Positions 1 through 12,460 of a DNA stretch of 64,000 nt are shown piece by piece. Source of the stretch: Hormiphora californensis (lineage: Eukaryota > Animalia > Ctenophora); contig CM035355.1 in NCBI GenBank assembly GCA_020137815.1, positions 4,960,001 to 5,024,000 on the forward strand, read 5' to 3'. A program made the translations under genes and the position numbers. Each line of letters starts with the position of its first letter. Positions within the stretch are counted from its first letter, which is position 1. A model generated the notes under the pieces. It had not been told where the DNA came from, made no database searches, and saw only the letters and a list, made by a program, of their open reading frames with translations.

Positions 1-624
1 TTAGAACCCTCATCTCAACTCTGATTTTATAAGTGGTATCTTGAGTGGTACATAAAATATCCATAGTCTAGAGAGATGAAGAGGGAGAGAGGGGGAAGTA
101 GAGAGCTGAGATATAGAGGGTAAATAGAGATGAATATAGATGATTTCGAAGAGATAGGTGCGAGGTACAGGGAGGTAGACACAGCTAGATCACAATAGGT
201 GTATTATATCGTATCGTATTTATTGATATCGGTACCCCGCGGGTTCCCTTTGTCCATACTGCGTTAGATTTATAGCGAGTATAAATTATGCTACCCTCTC
301 TGCACTAAGGCCTAAAGTATTGTATCACATCCAAATGCTTATAACCTTTCTAAAGCTAGTTCTCCTTCTCTCTCCCCCTCTCTCTTTCTCACTTTATAGC
401 ATTTATACGTGACTGAAACAGGCAATAAAACACTATCCAATAAAACAGATAGATCTCAGGTTCTGCCAATATTTCTCAATGACAGTCACGTGAACCTTTT
501 CTTCCTAGAAAGTAGCCATCTTCGTTGTATTGGCAGTACATGTAACACTGCAGGGGACCGGGAAAATGGGGAGAGAGAGAGAGACAGATGTAGCCATCTG
601 CTTTGTATTGGCATGCTATATATC

Positions 625-673
<49 letters not shown>

Positions 674-841
674 GAAACAGTTTCTTTTCTTTCCTTTTTT
701 CCTATTTTGCTTTTACAGCCATTTTCGCTTCAACACATTTCTTTCCTCTTTGAATATCGACAGGTGCGGTTATAAATGGTTACCAAGAGGGTGTTATATT
801 GCAATATAGCGAGTATTAATATATCAATGGGCATGGGTTGA

Positions 842-842
<1 letters not shown>

Positions 843-872
<30 letters not shown>

Positions 873-1406
873 GTCACCTTTTTTTGCCCATGTTTGCCCA
901 TATGGAAACAACTGATTTTTCAAAAATCGTGGGACTTTGGGCAAAATGGGCAAAAATGGGCAAAAAAATAACTCCTGCACCTTACATCATAGATAGGTTT
1001 ATAGCCACTATAATCGAAGCAGAATTTCACGCAGAATTTCACGCAGAATTTCACGCAGAATTTCACGCTGAAGATGCTTGTATTTATTTTGTTCTAGGAC
1101 GTTTCTGAAACCCATAAAAGCCAAAAAATCTAAAAAATCCTAAATTTAGGATTTGACCACTAAAAAAATTTTGACTTCTAATTAGACACCAAAGACCATT
1201 ATAACCGAGTTTTATCAAAACTTGGGCTGTTCTCTCACATGAAATCAAGCTATAGAGTTGAAAAAACGACAGCTAACACTGAAAATTTTATTTTGCCCAT
1301 TTTTGCCCACTTATGCCCATTTTTGCCCATTTTGCCCATATGGGCAAAACCAAAATTCGCTGGGATTATGGGCAATAGGCAAAAAAAAAAGTGACGCCCC
1401 CCCCCC
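843..1406. mobile_element. Non-autonomous DNA transposon with poly-G/poly-C terminal inverted repeats and 8-bp TSD
   Basis: Ends G(n)CGTCACCTTTTTTTGCCCA ... TAGGCAAAAAAAAAAGTGACGC(n); direct repeat GGGTTGAT at 835-842 and 1407-1414; subterminal TTTGCCCA repeats; internal 12-bp tandem GCAGAATTTCAC x4. Confidence 0.85.
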
Positions 1407-2592
1407 GGGTTGATGTACTTCAGTCCTATTTTCTGCACATAAAAAAGAGTATGTCACAATATATTAGGACCTGTTTATGTCCATTATTTTGTTTCGTCTC
1501 CTTTTCTCATTTCTTATTGTTGTTTTGGAATAACTTCTGTCTGTGGTAATATATTAATTGTGTAGAATGTCTTTCTGTTTAGACAGTTCTTTAGCACTAG
1601 CCAAGTTAATCTTGATCTTAGCCTAACTGCATTAAACATACATTAGCATTTTTGCCAAGTTAGACTGTTTTATAAAATAAAATAAAAGAGTTTGTACAAA
1701 ACAATAGCATTTAACCCCGCTAATTATATTTATATTACAAACAGAGTGCCTACAGCATAATACCGGTCTTTTCTTGACTTTGTAATCTTCTCTATTGTTG
1801 TTGTCTGTTGATTACGGCAGCACCTGGCTTTTAGCGCTACCAGAAAGGGAGAGAGAGAGGTGGAGAGAGAGGTGGAGAGAGAGGTGGAGAGAGAGGGAGA
1901 GAAAGAGAGAAGAGAAGAGATGAAACTTTGTACGCCATTTTTTTAATATACATATTTTACTTACTTACTTAAGCGAACTCTCGTTCATAAATCAAATCAA
2001 CGCAGCCATTATTCAGTTAAGTAGTTCCAGTTTGTTATTTTCTAACCCTCACGGCCTCCACTACGCAGTTGAGAGAGCGGGGGTTGAACAAGTCCTAGTC
2101 TAAAGTCTAAACTCCTACCATCTTTGTGTCGTTAGAATCCGGTACACTTTGTTTTTTAATAACGTATGAGATGGAAGAATCAAAAAGAATAGCAGATGGT
2201 AGTATTGTAATGTGTCGACACGCCGATAAATAGCTAATTTTGAGATTTTGTTGACAGGACTTGAAAAATTTAGCGAGTTCACGATTTGTCACGGCGTGGC
2301 TCTCTTGACAGGGTGGTAATGGAGAGACTCAAAAAGTGCTTAAATAGGGCGACGCGAAACCTTTCATCTTTTAGTTTGTGGGGAAGCCGACTCTTTTTCA
2401 TCCTTAGAACATAAGTGATACCGATATTATGGGCTCTCCCTCTCTATCTCTCTGTCTCTCTATCTCACTCTATATCTCTATGACCTAGCACCTAGCTCTC
2501 TATCCCTTTCTTTGCTGGAGACTGTCTCAATTAGAAGCATGGTCAGACCTCTTAGTATCAATTTGGCAGAACTTTATCGAATATCTTTCAAA

Positions 2593-3119
2593 TGTCTCCT
2601 AACATGTGCTATCTGTCTCCTAACATGTGCTATCTGTCTCCTAACATGTGCTATCTGTCTCCTAACATGCGCTATCTGTCTCCTAACACGTGCTATCTGT
2701 CTCCTAACATGTGCTATCTGTCTCCTAACATGTGCTATCTGTCTCCTAACATGTGCTATCTGTCTCCTAACATGTGCTATCTGTCTCCTAACATGTGCTA
2801 TCTGTCTCCTAACATGTGCTATATGTCTCCTAACATGTGCTATCTGTCTCCTAACACGTGCTATCTGTCTCCTAACATGTGCTATCTGTCTCCTAACATG
2901 TGCTATCTGTCTCCTAACATGTGCTATCTGTCTCCTAACATGTGCTATCTGTCTCCTAACATGTGCTATCTGTCTCCTAACATGTGCTATCTGTCTCCTA
3001 ACATGTGCTATCTGTCTCCTAACATGTGCTATCTGTCTCCTAACATGTGCTATCTGTCTCCTAACATGTGATATCTGTCTCCTAACATGTGCTATCTGTC
3101 TCCTAACATGTGCTATCTG
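2593..3119. repeat. 21-bp minisatellite (TGTCTCCTAACATGTGCTATC) x ~25
   Basis: Near-perfect tandem array read directly; explains the LLTCAIC / SPNMCYL ORFs. Confidence 0.97.
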
Positions 3120-3409
3120 GTTCTTCTCACATACTCAGCTGTGCAATAAAGTGGCAATATAGCCACGTCCTTTATTCTTCCTCTCTATCTGCTAAATGCT
3201 CCCACTACTCTAATTCTCACCATCACTATAGTTTAGTGTCTCCTGTACATCTCTTATACTCTCTCCCTTTCTCTCTCTTTGTAGTTCAATCTCTCTCTAC
3301 CGACAGACTTGAAAGCTTTTGAATACTAAATAGCTAATTACAAGGCCGAGCTAGCCCCTTTGCTGTTTGTTAAGTTTGAATCACACATGCAGCCAGCCGT
3401 TATGAGAAG

Positions 3410-3436
3410 TTACCAGGAAATAAGGAAAGATGGAGA

Positions 3437-3502
<66 letters not shown>

Positions 3503-3570
3503 GCGAGAGAGAGAGAGATAGAGAGAGAGAAAGAAAGAGAGAGAGAGAGATAGAGATAGAGAGAGAGAGA
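3410..3570. repeat. (GA)n microsatellite; representative of many (e.g. 628-676, 18223-18392, 20470-20550, 31036-31122, 32102-32189, 40995-41088, 41625-41696, 49810-49890, 52204-52310, 54760-55010, 60765-60870)
   Basis: Dinucleotide runs seen directly. Confidence 0.95.
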
Positions 3571-3932
3571 AACCAAAATGAGACCGGGAGAGAGAATTGA
3601 ATAGGATCACTATGAGAGGTTGGGCCCTTATTAGTCTGACAATCATATTATATCTAAATACTTTCCCTGATTATGAATCATCATTTATAATTCCAGTTTT
3701 GACAGTCATTATGGCCCCTAGCTCTTTGGGGATCCAGCCCTAGCTCTTTTTATTGCTCTTTGTATTGGTGGTCCAGCCCTAGCTCTTTTTATACACCAAA
3801 ATCCACTATCCACCTTTTATGAAGTTCAATTTTCCAGTTTCCAAGGGAATTTGCCCACTTAGCGTCCTAAATACAGTTGTATTATTTCGTTGTGCCCACT
3901 TTAATTCCGTTTCTTTCAGCAGCTTAAAGAAA

Positions 3933-4820
3933 ATGGATCAAATAGGGAGTGGTGCCGTCGCAGTATTCGGATCTATCTCAAACGCACTATCCCTCGCCTA
4001 CTTCATTACCGAGGAAAGCAAAGGCCTCGGCAGCAGACTGCTGATTCTCCTCAACATTTTTGATCTTGGAGTGTGTATATGTGCCACGGGTTGTGTTGTA
4101 TCAAACATATTCGTTGTTCAAACTAATACCCCCCTCAACGTCTTCCTGTTCTTGTTCCGGATCTTACTCCAGTGTACGGCCTTTACAACTTGTTTGCTGA
4201 GTGTTACCCGGACAATATGCATGTGTGCCCCCTTCTATCGACTCAACATGGCCTCTCTGGTGTGCGGTATTGTTGTGTTTATAATGGGGGTCACTAGCTG
4301 CCAACTAACAGGCCTCCTCACCGTTCTCCTTCGTCCAGGAGACGACGTCTACATTGACCGGGTGAACAGCATCCTGCTGAATATTGAACGGACACTAATG
4401 ACTGTCATTTTCATTCTGGTGATTATTTGTAATGTCGCATCAGTGGTCCAACTCAGGTTGGTGAGTCGTGACACCCTGGCCGAGATAAACCGACGTGCGA
4501 CAATCACAGTTTTTATCCTTTCCTTGTTTTTCTGTATCTTCAACATCACCTTTCTTATCAATCTCTACGTGTATGGAACGAAATACCAGCTGCCAAGGAG
4601 GATCCAATGGTTCTCATTCTTCATGGCTATACCTCTGAATTCTGCCTTTAATCCCTGCATTTACTTCATTCGCAAACAACACATGAGAGATTTTCTGGGG
4701 CATACGTGGAAAAGGGTCTCGAGAAGGGGTACTGCAAGGTTAGGTGCCCCATTGCCACTTGTAGACCGGCAGAAAAACTATAGTCTGGCATGTTCTAACA
4801 TTGGAAATTCGGATATGTGA
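3933..4820 (+). CDS. Single-exon rhodopsin-like (class A) 7TM GPCR
   Basis: Seven hydrophobic segments; TM1 GSISN, TM2 LNIFD, TM3 end LSVTRTICMCAPFY (DRY-equivalent), TM6 CIFN, TM7 NSAFNPCIYF (NPxxY). ATG 3933 preferred over 3819 because it follows an acceptor (ttctttcag, 3919). Confidence 0.85.
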   Translation: MDQIGSGAVAVFGSISNALSLAYFITEESKGLGSRLLILLNIFDLGVCICATGCVVSNIFVVQTNTPLNVFLFLFRILLQCTAFTTCLLSVTRTICMCAPFYRLNMASLVCGIVVFIMGVTSCQLTGLLTVLLRPGDDVYIDRVNSILLNIERTLMTVIFILVIICNVASVVQLRLVSRDTLAEINRRATITVFILSLFFCIFNITFLINLYVYGTKYQLPRRIQWFSFFMAIPLNSAFNPCIYFIRKQHMRDFLGHTWKRVSRRGTARLGAPLPLVDRQKNYSLACSNIGNSDM

Positions 4821-5926
4821 TAACAATAACTTGTACGAGCTGAGTTAGAAGCTGAATTAGAATGTTATATAGATTGTAATAATGTGTCTTAAAATGATTG
4901 TTTTTATGTGAGTGTAGGGGGGAATCTTGTGGGGGATAACAGCTATCGGCGGATGTTTGTAGATGTATGAAACCCAAATATGTAGAAGGAGAGAGAGAGA
5001 GAGAACGGGTTTATGCGTGGGTATAACAGCAGCACACACGAATTAACACACGTGTATATACGTACTACGTGTGGATTGTGATAGTACGTCACCACATGGG
5101 ATAGCCCTCAACTTTGCAGCGGCGATTAATTACCCCTCCACCTAAACCATCAAATTCCCCTTTTTCTCTTCTATCCCTGAATAAACTTAACTCCCCCTTT
5201 TTCTGAACATGTTTCTGAATTTAACTGCTTTCAACAAGAAGCCAACGTCACCTTCCTTTATACAACTCACCTTTATACAACTACACCTTCAACCTTCATA
5301 CTCTTGACCTCCCTCTTTCTTATATTTCTTCCTCTTCCTTCTTGTATTATTATATCACCCAGCTTCTCTTTGTCGAGACATCTGGTGGCCCATCCCTTTA
5401 CAAAACCACGTGTCAACCATCTGGGGCAGGCGAGGCAACCCAATACTACTCAAATAACCAGACATAATATATAACCGCTTTCATCTCCCTCTAAGGGCCA
5501 CTCGCTATCATTTTATACGAGTTAAATTTCTATGTTGTATGTCTCGACAAAGAGTCAAGAGGCTGGGGGATATAATAACACAAGAATGTTGTTATATTCT
5601 ATTCGGGAAGAGAAGGCGAGAGAGGGAGAGACAGTTAGAGAGAGGGAGAGATAGAGAGGGAGGGAGGGACAGGAGAGAGCGAATGAGAAAAATTTGAGAC
5701 GATCTCAACAAATAAAGCCTACATGAGCATTGAGTACTATCACTTGATATAAGACATGAATTATAAAAAGACATGAATGACCAAAAATATAAATCGAGGA
5801 CACGAGAATACACTGTACACGGATCCAATTACAGATTCTGCGTTTATCAATTTCAGTTATTCTTAGTTTAACTTATTTGAATTTTATTCAAATGGTGAAC
5901 TGTGAAGTGACGTTTCAAAGACTTAC

Positions 5927-7008
5927 ATGGTGCATAGAACTCAACAAGCACATCTTTGGTGGTATCCAGAGCAATGGCATCAAAGTTTGATTCATCCAGT
6001 TGGACAACTGCAGAGGGAGCTTTCTTGACGAACCCTCGGGCACCAGTCTCCTTGTTGATGTACCTGGGAAGGAGGGGTATTAGATTAGACCTAGGAAGGA
6101 AAATATATTGAATTGGGGGCAACTAGGAAGGGGATATTGAATTGGGGGGCAACTGAAAAGGGTGATATTAAATTGAGGGCAACCAGGAAGGGTGATATTG
6201 ATTGGGGGGCAACTGGAAGGGTGATATTAAATTGGGGGGCTGATTGGGGTATTAAAATGGGGTGAAGTTACTGAACAGTGTCAAGTGCAGTCCATACTTC
6301 AACAAATAAGAATATCTAGATTCTTCTATTTTCTTACTTTACAATATCATCAGCAGTCCGTCCACCACTGTAAGCCTCAGGCTCGGTGACTCCGGCTCCT
6401 TTCTTGAAGAACTTGAGGGTGGGGTATCCGGTAACACCAAACCGGCTAGCGAGGTCTTTCTCAATTGTGCAGTCAGCCTGAACGGAGATTAGTTTTAGAT
6501 ATTGACACTGGGGTTTTAACAAGACGATGACAATCAACCTGTTTCACTAACTAAGTGATTGGCCCTCACTAGCGGTGCTGGCATCACTAAGTGATTAGCC
6601 CTTGCGTGTTCAAGCCCATGGCCTAGCAATCGCTCTTATCAAATCAAATCTAATCAAGATATTGACAAACAGCTTGAGGTTATTGAACGTACCTTTGCGA
6701 TCACAACGTTGGGATCCCGTGTGTAAGAATCGGCAACAACCTCGTATTCAGGGGCCAGGGCTTTGCAATGTCCGCACCACGGTGCAAAGAACTCAACAAA
6801 CACATTCTTGTCACCACTAACAATCTGAAACAAAGAAAAGAATGAAATTTAAGAGTGATTATTATGTCAAATGATATAATCAAGTTTAAAAACTGCACGG
6901 CAATTTTAAACAGCATCATACCTCGTCAAAATTAGAGACTGTAAGGTCGACAACGTTGCTGGCAAACGCTGTCGAGACAAGAGTGAGAAGGACGAGGGCT
7001 GACGACAT
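5927..7008 (-). CDS. Protein disulfide isomerase family (two tandem thioredoxin domains, PDIA6/ERp38-like), 5' four exons; 3' part not found in window
   Basis: Exons 7008-6922 (signal peptide MSSALVLLTLVSTAFA), 6824-6693 (VEFFAPWCGHCKALAPEY), 6477-6338 (FGVTGYPTLKFF), 6063-5927 (VLVEFYAP, phase 1 inside the W codon); all GT-AG and in frame. Confidence 0.9.
6095..6250. repeat. Degenerate ~30-bp tandem repeat in PDI intron 3
   Basis: GGAAGGGTGATATTGAATTGGGGGCAACT-like unit x ~5. Confidence 0.8.
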
Positions 7009-7974
7009 GCCTAAAGGAGTGGTAACGAGGTGGTAACAGGAGTTAACAGGTGCAAAAGGGGGGTAAACTAGAGGGTAAAATCAGTGGGCTGCTCCCAACC
7101 CTTCCGTTCTGCACTTATACGTGGACATCCAACGCGACTTTTCAGACGGATCAACCTAAACAAATTACAGCGCGCAATACAGCGTAATATTAAATTCAAT
7201 CGCGCGCTACAACTATTTAGCGCCGCGCGCACCATATTTACGATTTTAAAAATAAAACGAAGGAAATATTTTCAAACTCGGGACACAAAATTCTCACTTC
7301 CAAAAATGTTCTGAACGCCTTGGTTTCGTGTTGACTCGCGGTCTGCGGCCGGCGGCGTGCGGTGAGCCATGGGTGCTGATGCAGGTTCACTGCTCAACTG
7401 CCTCACACTTACAAGCTAATCCATTCTAGGACATAGCCTGACCGATCGTACCCAGTCATCCCAATTCAGGTGCTGCATGCTGAATTTTACAACTGCCTTC
7501 AGCCTTAACAAGGTGTCCTCACTCACAATATCTTCGTGATCATCTCACATTAGAAGTGAAACGGTGCAGAGCAGCCACTAGAGTTTCAAGTGTTATGTGC
7601 AGTTGCTGAGCATTAATGCTGCAAAGAAGCTTCCCTTAGTTGCGTTTGATTGAACCCGATCTCAGCTCTGACTTTTCTTGAAAATAACCACACCATACTG
7701 GACACTAAATGCGGCCTTTAGCTTTAGTTTTTAGTTGAAAGTAAGAAAATCTGTGTCGAACATTACGCACGTTAACATAATGGGTGTGACCGATTTATCT
7801 AGCGAGAAGATGTGCGAGATTCTTGTTTAACACTTCGTCCATGAATTCACTTTCACCTCACTACTAAACCAGCGAAGTTTCACGCTCGCCCTGTGTTTTT
7901 CATCGGCTGATTGCATGGGGGTTAGTTGGGGTCGCGTGTATCCTCCCAGTTGGATAATTTATTACTTACTGTGT

Positions 7975-8092
7975 TCGCTATTTCCACGTTAAAACGCGTC
8001 CATAACATCTGAATCTAACCCTTACAATTCTAAGTGGTGCAATAACGCATTCCCGAGCTGCTGAACTCAGTTGTTTTGTGTGGAAATAGCGA
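7975..8092. mobile_element. Short inverted-repeat element
   Basis: TCGCTATTTCCAC ... GTGGAAATAGCGA 13-bp inverted repeat enclosing a CTAACCCT motif. Confidence 0.5.
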
Positions 8093-8549
8093 CCATGTAG
8101 AAATAGCACGGATTGTGGAATTCCTGTATGTGAACCCTAATAGATCCTTAAACTCACTTCTCAATCTCCGTCACAAATTTAGGTTTGTCAGCCACCAATT
8201 CGTTGTTTAGATACTTTCTATAATTTCGAGAGAAAATACCAATTAATTATATACCCGGGCAATTACAAACACAAGTATTATTTAGCTCTGAAGGTTAGCC
8301 ATATAATTTGCTAAAAGTAACCGTGCAAAACAGTATGGATATTTTAATAACGGCCTCTCTTCCACCTCCCGGAGTTCATCCAGAGATGGAAGGGAGGTTG
8401 GAATGTCTGTAATCTGTATATATAAGGCTGTTAATTGATATATTTAGTCATGCACTCCTCCCTTAAATTCTATAAATTATATGTCATTGTGTGAATTGAA
8501 TGCTGAATACCTATCAATCTAGTTGTATTTTACATTTTATCATCAGGTC

Positions 8550-9089
8550 ATGTTGTTCCAAAAGGCCCCTGCTGTCCTAACCCGCTCCATGGCATCTCTT
8601 CCAAAACGTCCTGCCAACCCCTACATCCTGTTTGTATCAGACAAATTCAGTGCAACACGGGGGGCCAGCCCTGAAACACCAGCTAAAGAGGTAATGCAAC
8701 TACTCAGTCAAAAGTGGAAAACTATGACAGTCACCCAGAAACGTGTCTATAACCTCCAAGCAGAACAATCTCGTAAAAGTTACGAAGAATTCTTCAAGAC
8801 GGCCCCACTTTCAATGTTAGAAGATCTGGAGGACAAGAAAGACAGGGAGAAATTGAGGAAGAGGTTGGTAGATTTGGGCAGGCTGCCAAAGAAACCTCCA
8901 GTGTCTGGATATCAGCTGTATCAATCACGTGAAAGGAGAGACCCTAAATTGTCGATGACGGAGAATATGACTGCAATTGCTGCTAGATATCAAAAGTTGT
9001 CTGAGGCACAGAAAGAGAAGTTAAGGGCTGAGGTTGTAGTAATGAAGGAGCAGTATCAGAGGGATTATGATCGGTTATTGGGACATTAG
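8550..9089 (+). CDS. TFAM: Two-HMG-box protein with mitochondrial-type leader, TFAM-like
   Basis: PKRPANPYILF...LSQKWKTMT and PKKPPVSGYQLY...IAARYQKLSEAQKEK boxes; short acid-free leader MLFQKAPAVLTRSMAS; ATG 3 nt after a cag acceptor. Confidence 0.75.
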   Translation: MLFQKAPAVLTRSMASLPKRPANPYILFVSDKFSATRGASPETPAKEVMQLLSQKWKTMTVTQKRVYNLQAEQSRKSYEEFFKTAPLSMLEDLEDKKDREKLRKRLVDLGRLPKKPPVSGYQLYQSRERRDPKLSMTENMTAIAARYQKLSEAQKEKLRAEVVVMKEQYQRDYDRLLGH

Positions 9090-9358
9090 GGCAATTCTGT
9101 CTACAAATCTCAGATAATCAGTCACATTGTGATATATCAATCCACTGCTCTTGCTGCGAAGAGACTGAAATATATTTAAAGGGACACCTCCCCCTATTTC
9201 TCATCCATGCTCCTGTGTTTTAGCTGTTATCAACATGTCACCATGATCTGAGAGAGACAGAGCTGGATAGAAGGAGCTACTCCTTTGGTTTGGGGAAAAA
9301 CAACACTAGCTATTATATGTACATTGGATTGAGTGGTTGGTATTATACACTTGCAATC

Positions 9359-9601
9359 ATGCTCCGTATTATTCTACGTCGTCTTCTCTCCTCCACTTCC
9401 CTACCCTCCCTTCCCCCGGTACCAACCACTTGCTGTATGTCAGGCTGTGCTAACTGTGTATGGATTGAATACGCCGAGACTCTCACCAAGGAGTTTGGGA
9501 GTTGTCCCAAATCTGTGGTGAAGGATGTGTTGAAGCAGGTAGAGGATCCTAGTTTGAGGGCTTTCCTTGAGATGGAGCTGAAATTTCGGTTGAAAAAGTG
9601 A
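9359..9601 (+). CDS. OXLD1: Oxidoreductase-like domain-containing protein 1
   Basis: PPVPTTCCMSGCANCVWIEYAE ... VEDPSLRAFLEMELK signature; Arg/Ser-rich mitochondrial-type leader. Confidence 0.88.
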   Translation: MLRIILRRLLSSTSLPSLPPVPTTCCMSGCANCVWIEYAETLTKEFGSCPKSVVKDVLKQVEDPSLRAFLEMELKFRLKK

Positions 9602-10445
9602 ATCATGTAATCTGTGCTCAGTAGCTAGCCAAACTCTCGGAATTGTGAAATGGTTTTGGCCCCACTTTGTGTATTTATAGCGGTCTGGCGTGGTGATTCA
9701 GAGACTCTTTCATACATTTTGCTCCACCCTTTTTTACATTACGAAAGATTATTATTTTGTGTTATCGTGTATAATTTATAAATTATGATGAAATATATTT
9801 GTCGATTTCCCAATCCTTCTCTTGGTAGTTGCATGATTAACGAATCCTTCGGATTCTTAATCATGCAGCATCATCCTATGCCCTTACCTTCCGGCTTCCA
9901 GCAGTTCTGAACAGCTGCATAGCACCATGCAGCCGTTCTGAACCGCATTCAAAAGGGATATGAGTGTACCCTTTTTTTGGGGGTTTTAAAATTTCCCACG
10001 GTCATGGCTCCACCCCCTGACAAGATAGATAGATATGCTAGAAAGCTGATGCAAGATTTTTCTACACACCAAATGATATGTTGTTTGACGTGTCATCGAG
10101 TGTAGCTATGGCCGTGGGAAAATTTGAAGGAAATCATTAGTTGGGCTTTCATAAATCAACCGTGGTATAATATCCCCAATATTAATCATAATTCTGATGT
10201 GTCAGCATGTGTGTGTGTGTGTAAGTCCTCTGCTCCTGCAGTTGCCCCTAAATGCCCCACACGCGACACACTTGCAGCGAGGGGCAGTGTCGGGACGTAA
10301 CGCGCCCCGACACACCAGTACTATGCGCGCAACTCCTGTTAACATTCTCGACACCAAAGAACCGCGCGCGTTCACCGAATAACCTTCTAACCACCTCCCC
10401 ATAACCACATTTATCACTAACCACTCCTTCCTTCCTTGTAGCGTC

Positions 10446-11543
10446 ATGACAGAACAGCTTAAGTTGAGGGGAAGCCTCAAGGGCCACAATGGCTGGGTCA
10501 CCCAGATTGCCACTACCTCTGCCAACCCCGACATGATCCTGTCCGCTTCAAGGGACAACACCATCATTGTGTGGGAGTTGAACCGAGGTAACGAGAACTA
10601 CGGATACGCCAAGAGGGCCCTCCGAGGACACTCCCACTTTGTATCCGACGTTGTTGTCTCCAGTGATGGCCAGTTTGCCCTGTCTGGATCATGGGACAAG
10701 AGCATGAGGTTGTGGGACTTGAACACGGGAGTTACCACCCGACAGTTCAGGGGACACGACAAGGACATCCTCTCCGTTGCTTTCTCCCCCGATAACCGAC
10801 AGATTGTCAGTGGCTCCAGAGACAAGACCATCAAGCTGTGGAACACCCTTGCTGAGTGCAAGTACACCATCCAAGAGGACTGCCACAGTGAGTGGGTGAG
10901 CTGTGTGAGGTTCAGCCCTAACACCAAGAACCCTCTGCTGGTTAGCGCCGGATGGGACAACTGCGTGAAGGTATGGAACCTGACCAACTGCAAGCTGAAG
11001 ACCAACCACTTCGGACACAATGGACACCTCAACACCGTGACCATCTCCCCTGATGGTTCTCTCGCTGCCTCCGGTGGACAGGACAGCAAGGCCATGCTTT
11101 GGGATCTCAACCATGACAAGCATCTGTATACTTTGGATTGTGGTGATAGCATCAACGCCCTTGCCTTCTCCCCCAACAGGTGTGTAAATCTAGTCTCTCT
11201 CTCCCCTTTAAATCAAGAACTTGTTGGAATTCTAGTGTTTTGTTCCCGTTTTGTTAGATAGTTTATCACAATTATCTCCCTCCAATTATCTCCAACCCCA
11301 CTAACACAATAACTAACCCAACTTCCTCCTCCCAGGTACTGGCTGTGCGCTGCCACTGGCTCTCATATCAAGATCTGGGATCTCGAGCACAAGCAGATTG
11401 TCGATGAGAAGAAATTGGAGAACAGCTCAAACAAGGGAGCCGTCTCCTGTACATGCCTCGCCTGGTCAACTGACGGACAGACCCTGTTTGCCGGATACAC
11501 GAATAACGAGATTTGCGTGTGGGAAGTCACCTCTGAAGCTTAG
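10446..11543 (+). CDS. RACK1: Receptor for activated C kinase 1 (40S ribosomal WD40 protein)
   Basis: Exons 10446-11179 and 11336-11543; [23 protein letters not shown] ... FSPNR|YWLCAATG; seven WD repeats. Confidence 0.98.
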
Positions 11544-11870
11544 AGATGACTTATTTATGTTTTTAATAACCCCAAATTACCGTGTTTTTATCTGGAAATG
11601 AGTTGTAATCATGTGCTGTTCTCTTTATCTCATTCTCATTTCCTCTCTAAGAGAACAGCTCATGTCGGAAATGATCGTTAAACAAAAGCACTTCCGTGGC
11701 AAATTGTCTCCGATTTCTGTAAATCACCAATACGTCAATTTTCCCAGCACGGCAAAATTGCCACGGAAGTGTTTCATGGTATCTTGGCGGATAGGAACTG
11801 GAAGAGTTAAGACGCACGTCTTCCCGAGCGGCGGGCTAAAAACACGCTGCGTGGGAAGGCGTGCATGCTG

Positions 11871-12460
11871 CCTGGCGGCGCCAAACCTACTTTTCATTTT
11901 CAAAACAGACAGTGGGCTCAGATCGGGTCGGCGCCGCCAGACAGCGTGCATCTGAATTCTACTGCCCATTGAAATTTCAACCTTCCCTCTAATTCACCTC
12001 TCTTTCTCAGCTAGTGCTATGCTGTCTACTCGAGAATTCCAGAGGGACTACACATTTCAAGGTCTCACCGTGTCTGTCCTGGATGTAAGTTCCTTACTGT
12101 CTTGACCTGTCTGGCGACAGTGCGCTGAGATCGAGTCGGTGCCACCAGACAGGTCTAGACCGCGATGGAAGCTCGTTCTATTTCCATTTTATTGACAGTG
12201 GTGCTCATTCATCGGTGGGTTGCTGTCCGGGATCAAGCGTGGGCCCGGGAGTGGGGACTGGTACCTGGTCTGTCTGGCGGCGCCAGCCCGATCTGAGCAC
12301 ACTTTCGAGAAACAAGACGGGTCTGGCGCCGCCAGGCCAATGCCCTCACCCTGTCTGGCGGCGCCAGACAGCCCTCACCGCGGTTCTCGCTGTATGGCGG
12401 CGCCATACCCCATTTGATTCTCAGATGGGTCGCGGCGCCAGACAGGGTTCTCGCGAGACA
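11871..12460. repeat. Cluster of CTGTCTGGCGGCGCCAGACAG-type palindromic repeats (further copy ~29768-29830)
   Basis: 11871-11944 and 12269-12337 are inverted relatives; further units at 12107-12152, 12351-12371 and 12430-12445. Confidence 0.7.

Noticed and set aside
409-809. ERERER / LSLSLS ORFs here and throughout the window
   Set aside because: Translations of (GA)n microsatellites
2512-3162. 216-aa and 159-aa repetitive ORFs; possible CRISPR-like array
   Set aside because: Pure 21-bp minisatellite with no unique spacers; ORFs arise because the unit is a stop-free multiple of 3
8011-8025. CTAACCCT as a telomerase RNA template
   Set aside because: Only 8 nt, inside an inverted-repeat element, with no supporting structure
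10202-11176. Long antisense ORFs over RACK1 (also over the GPCR, 25760-27265 and PIGB)
   Set aside because: Shadow frames of codon-biased genes
11180-11335. Intronic snoRNA in RACK1, as in vertebrates
   Set aside because: No C box (RTGATGA) and D box pair visible
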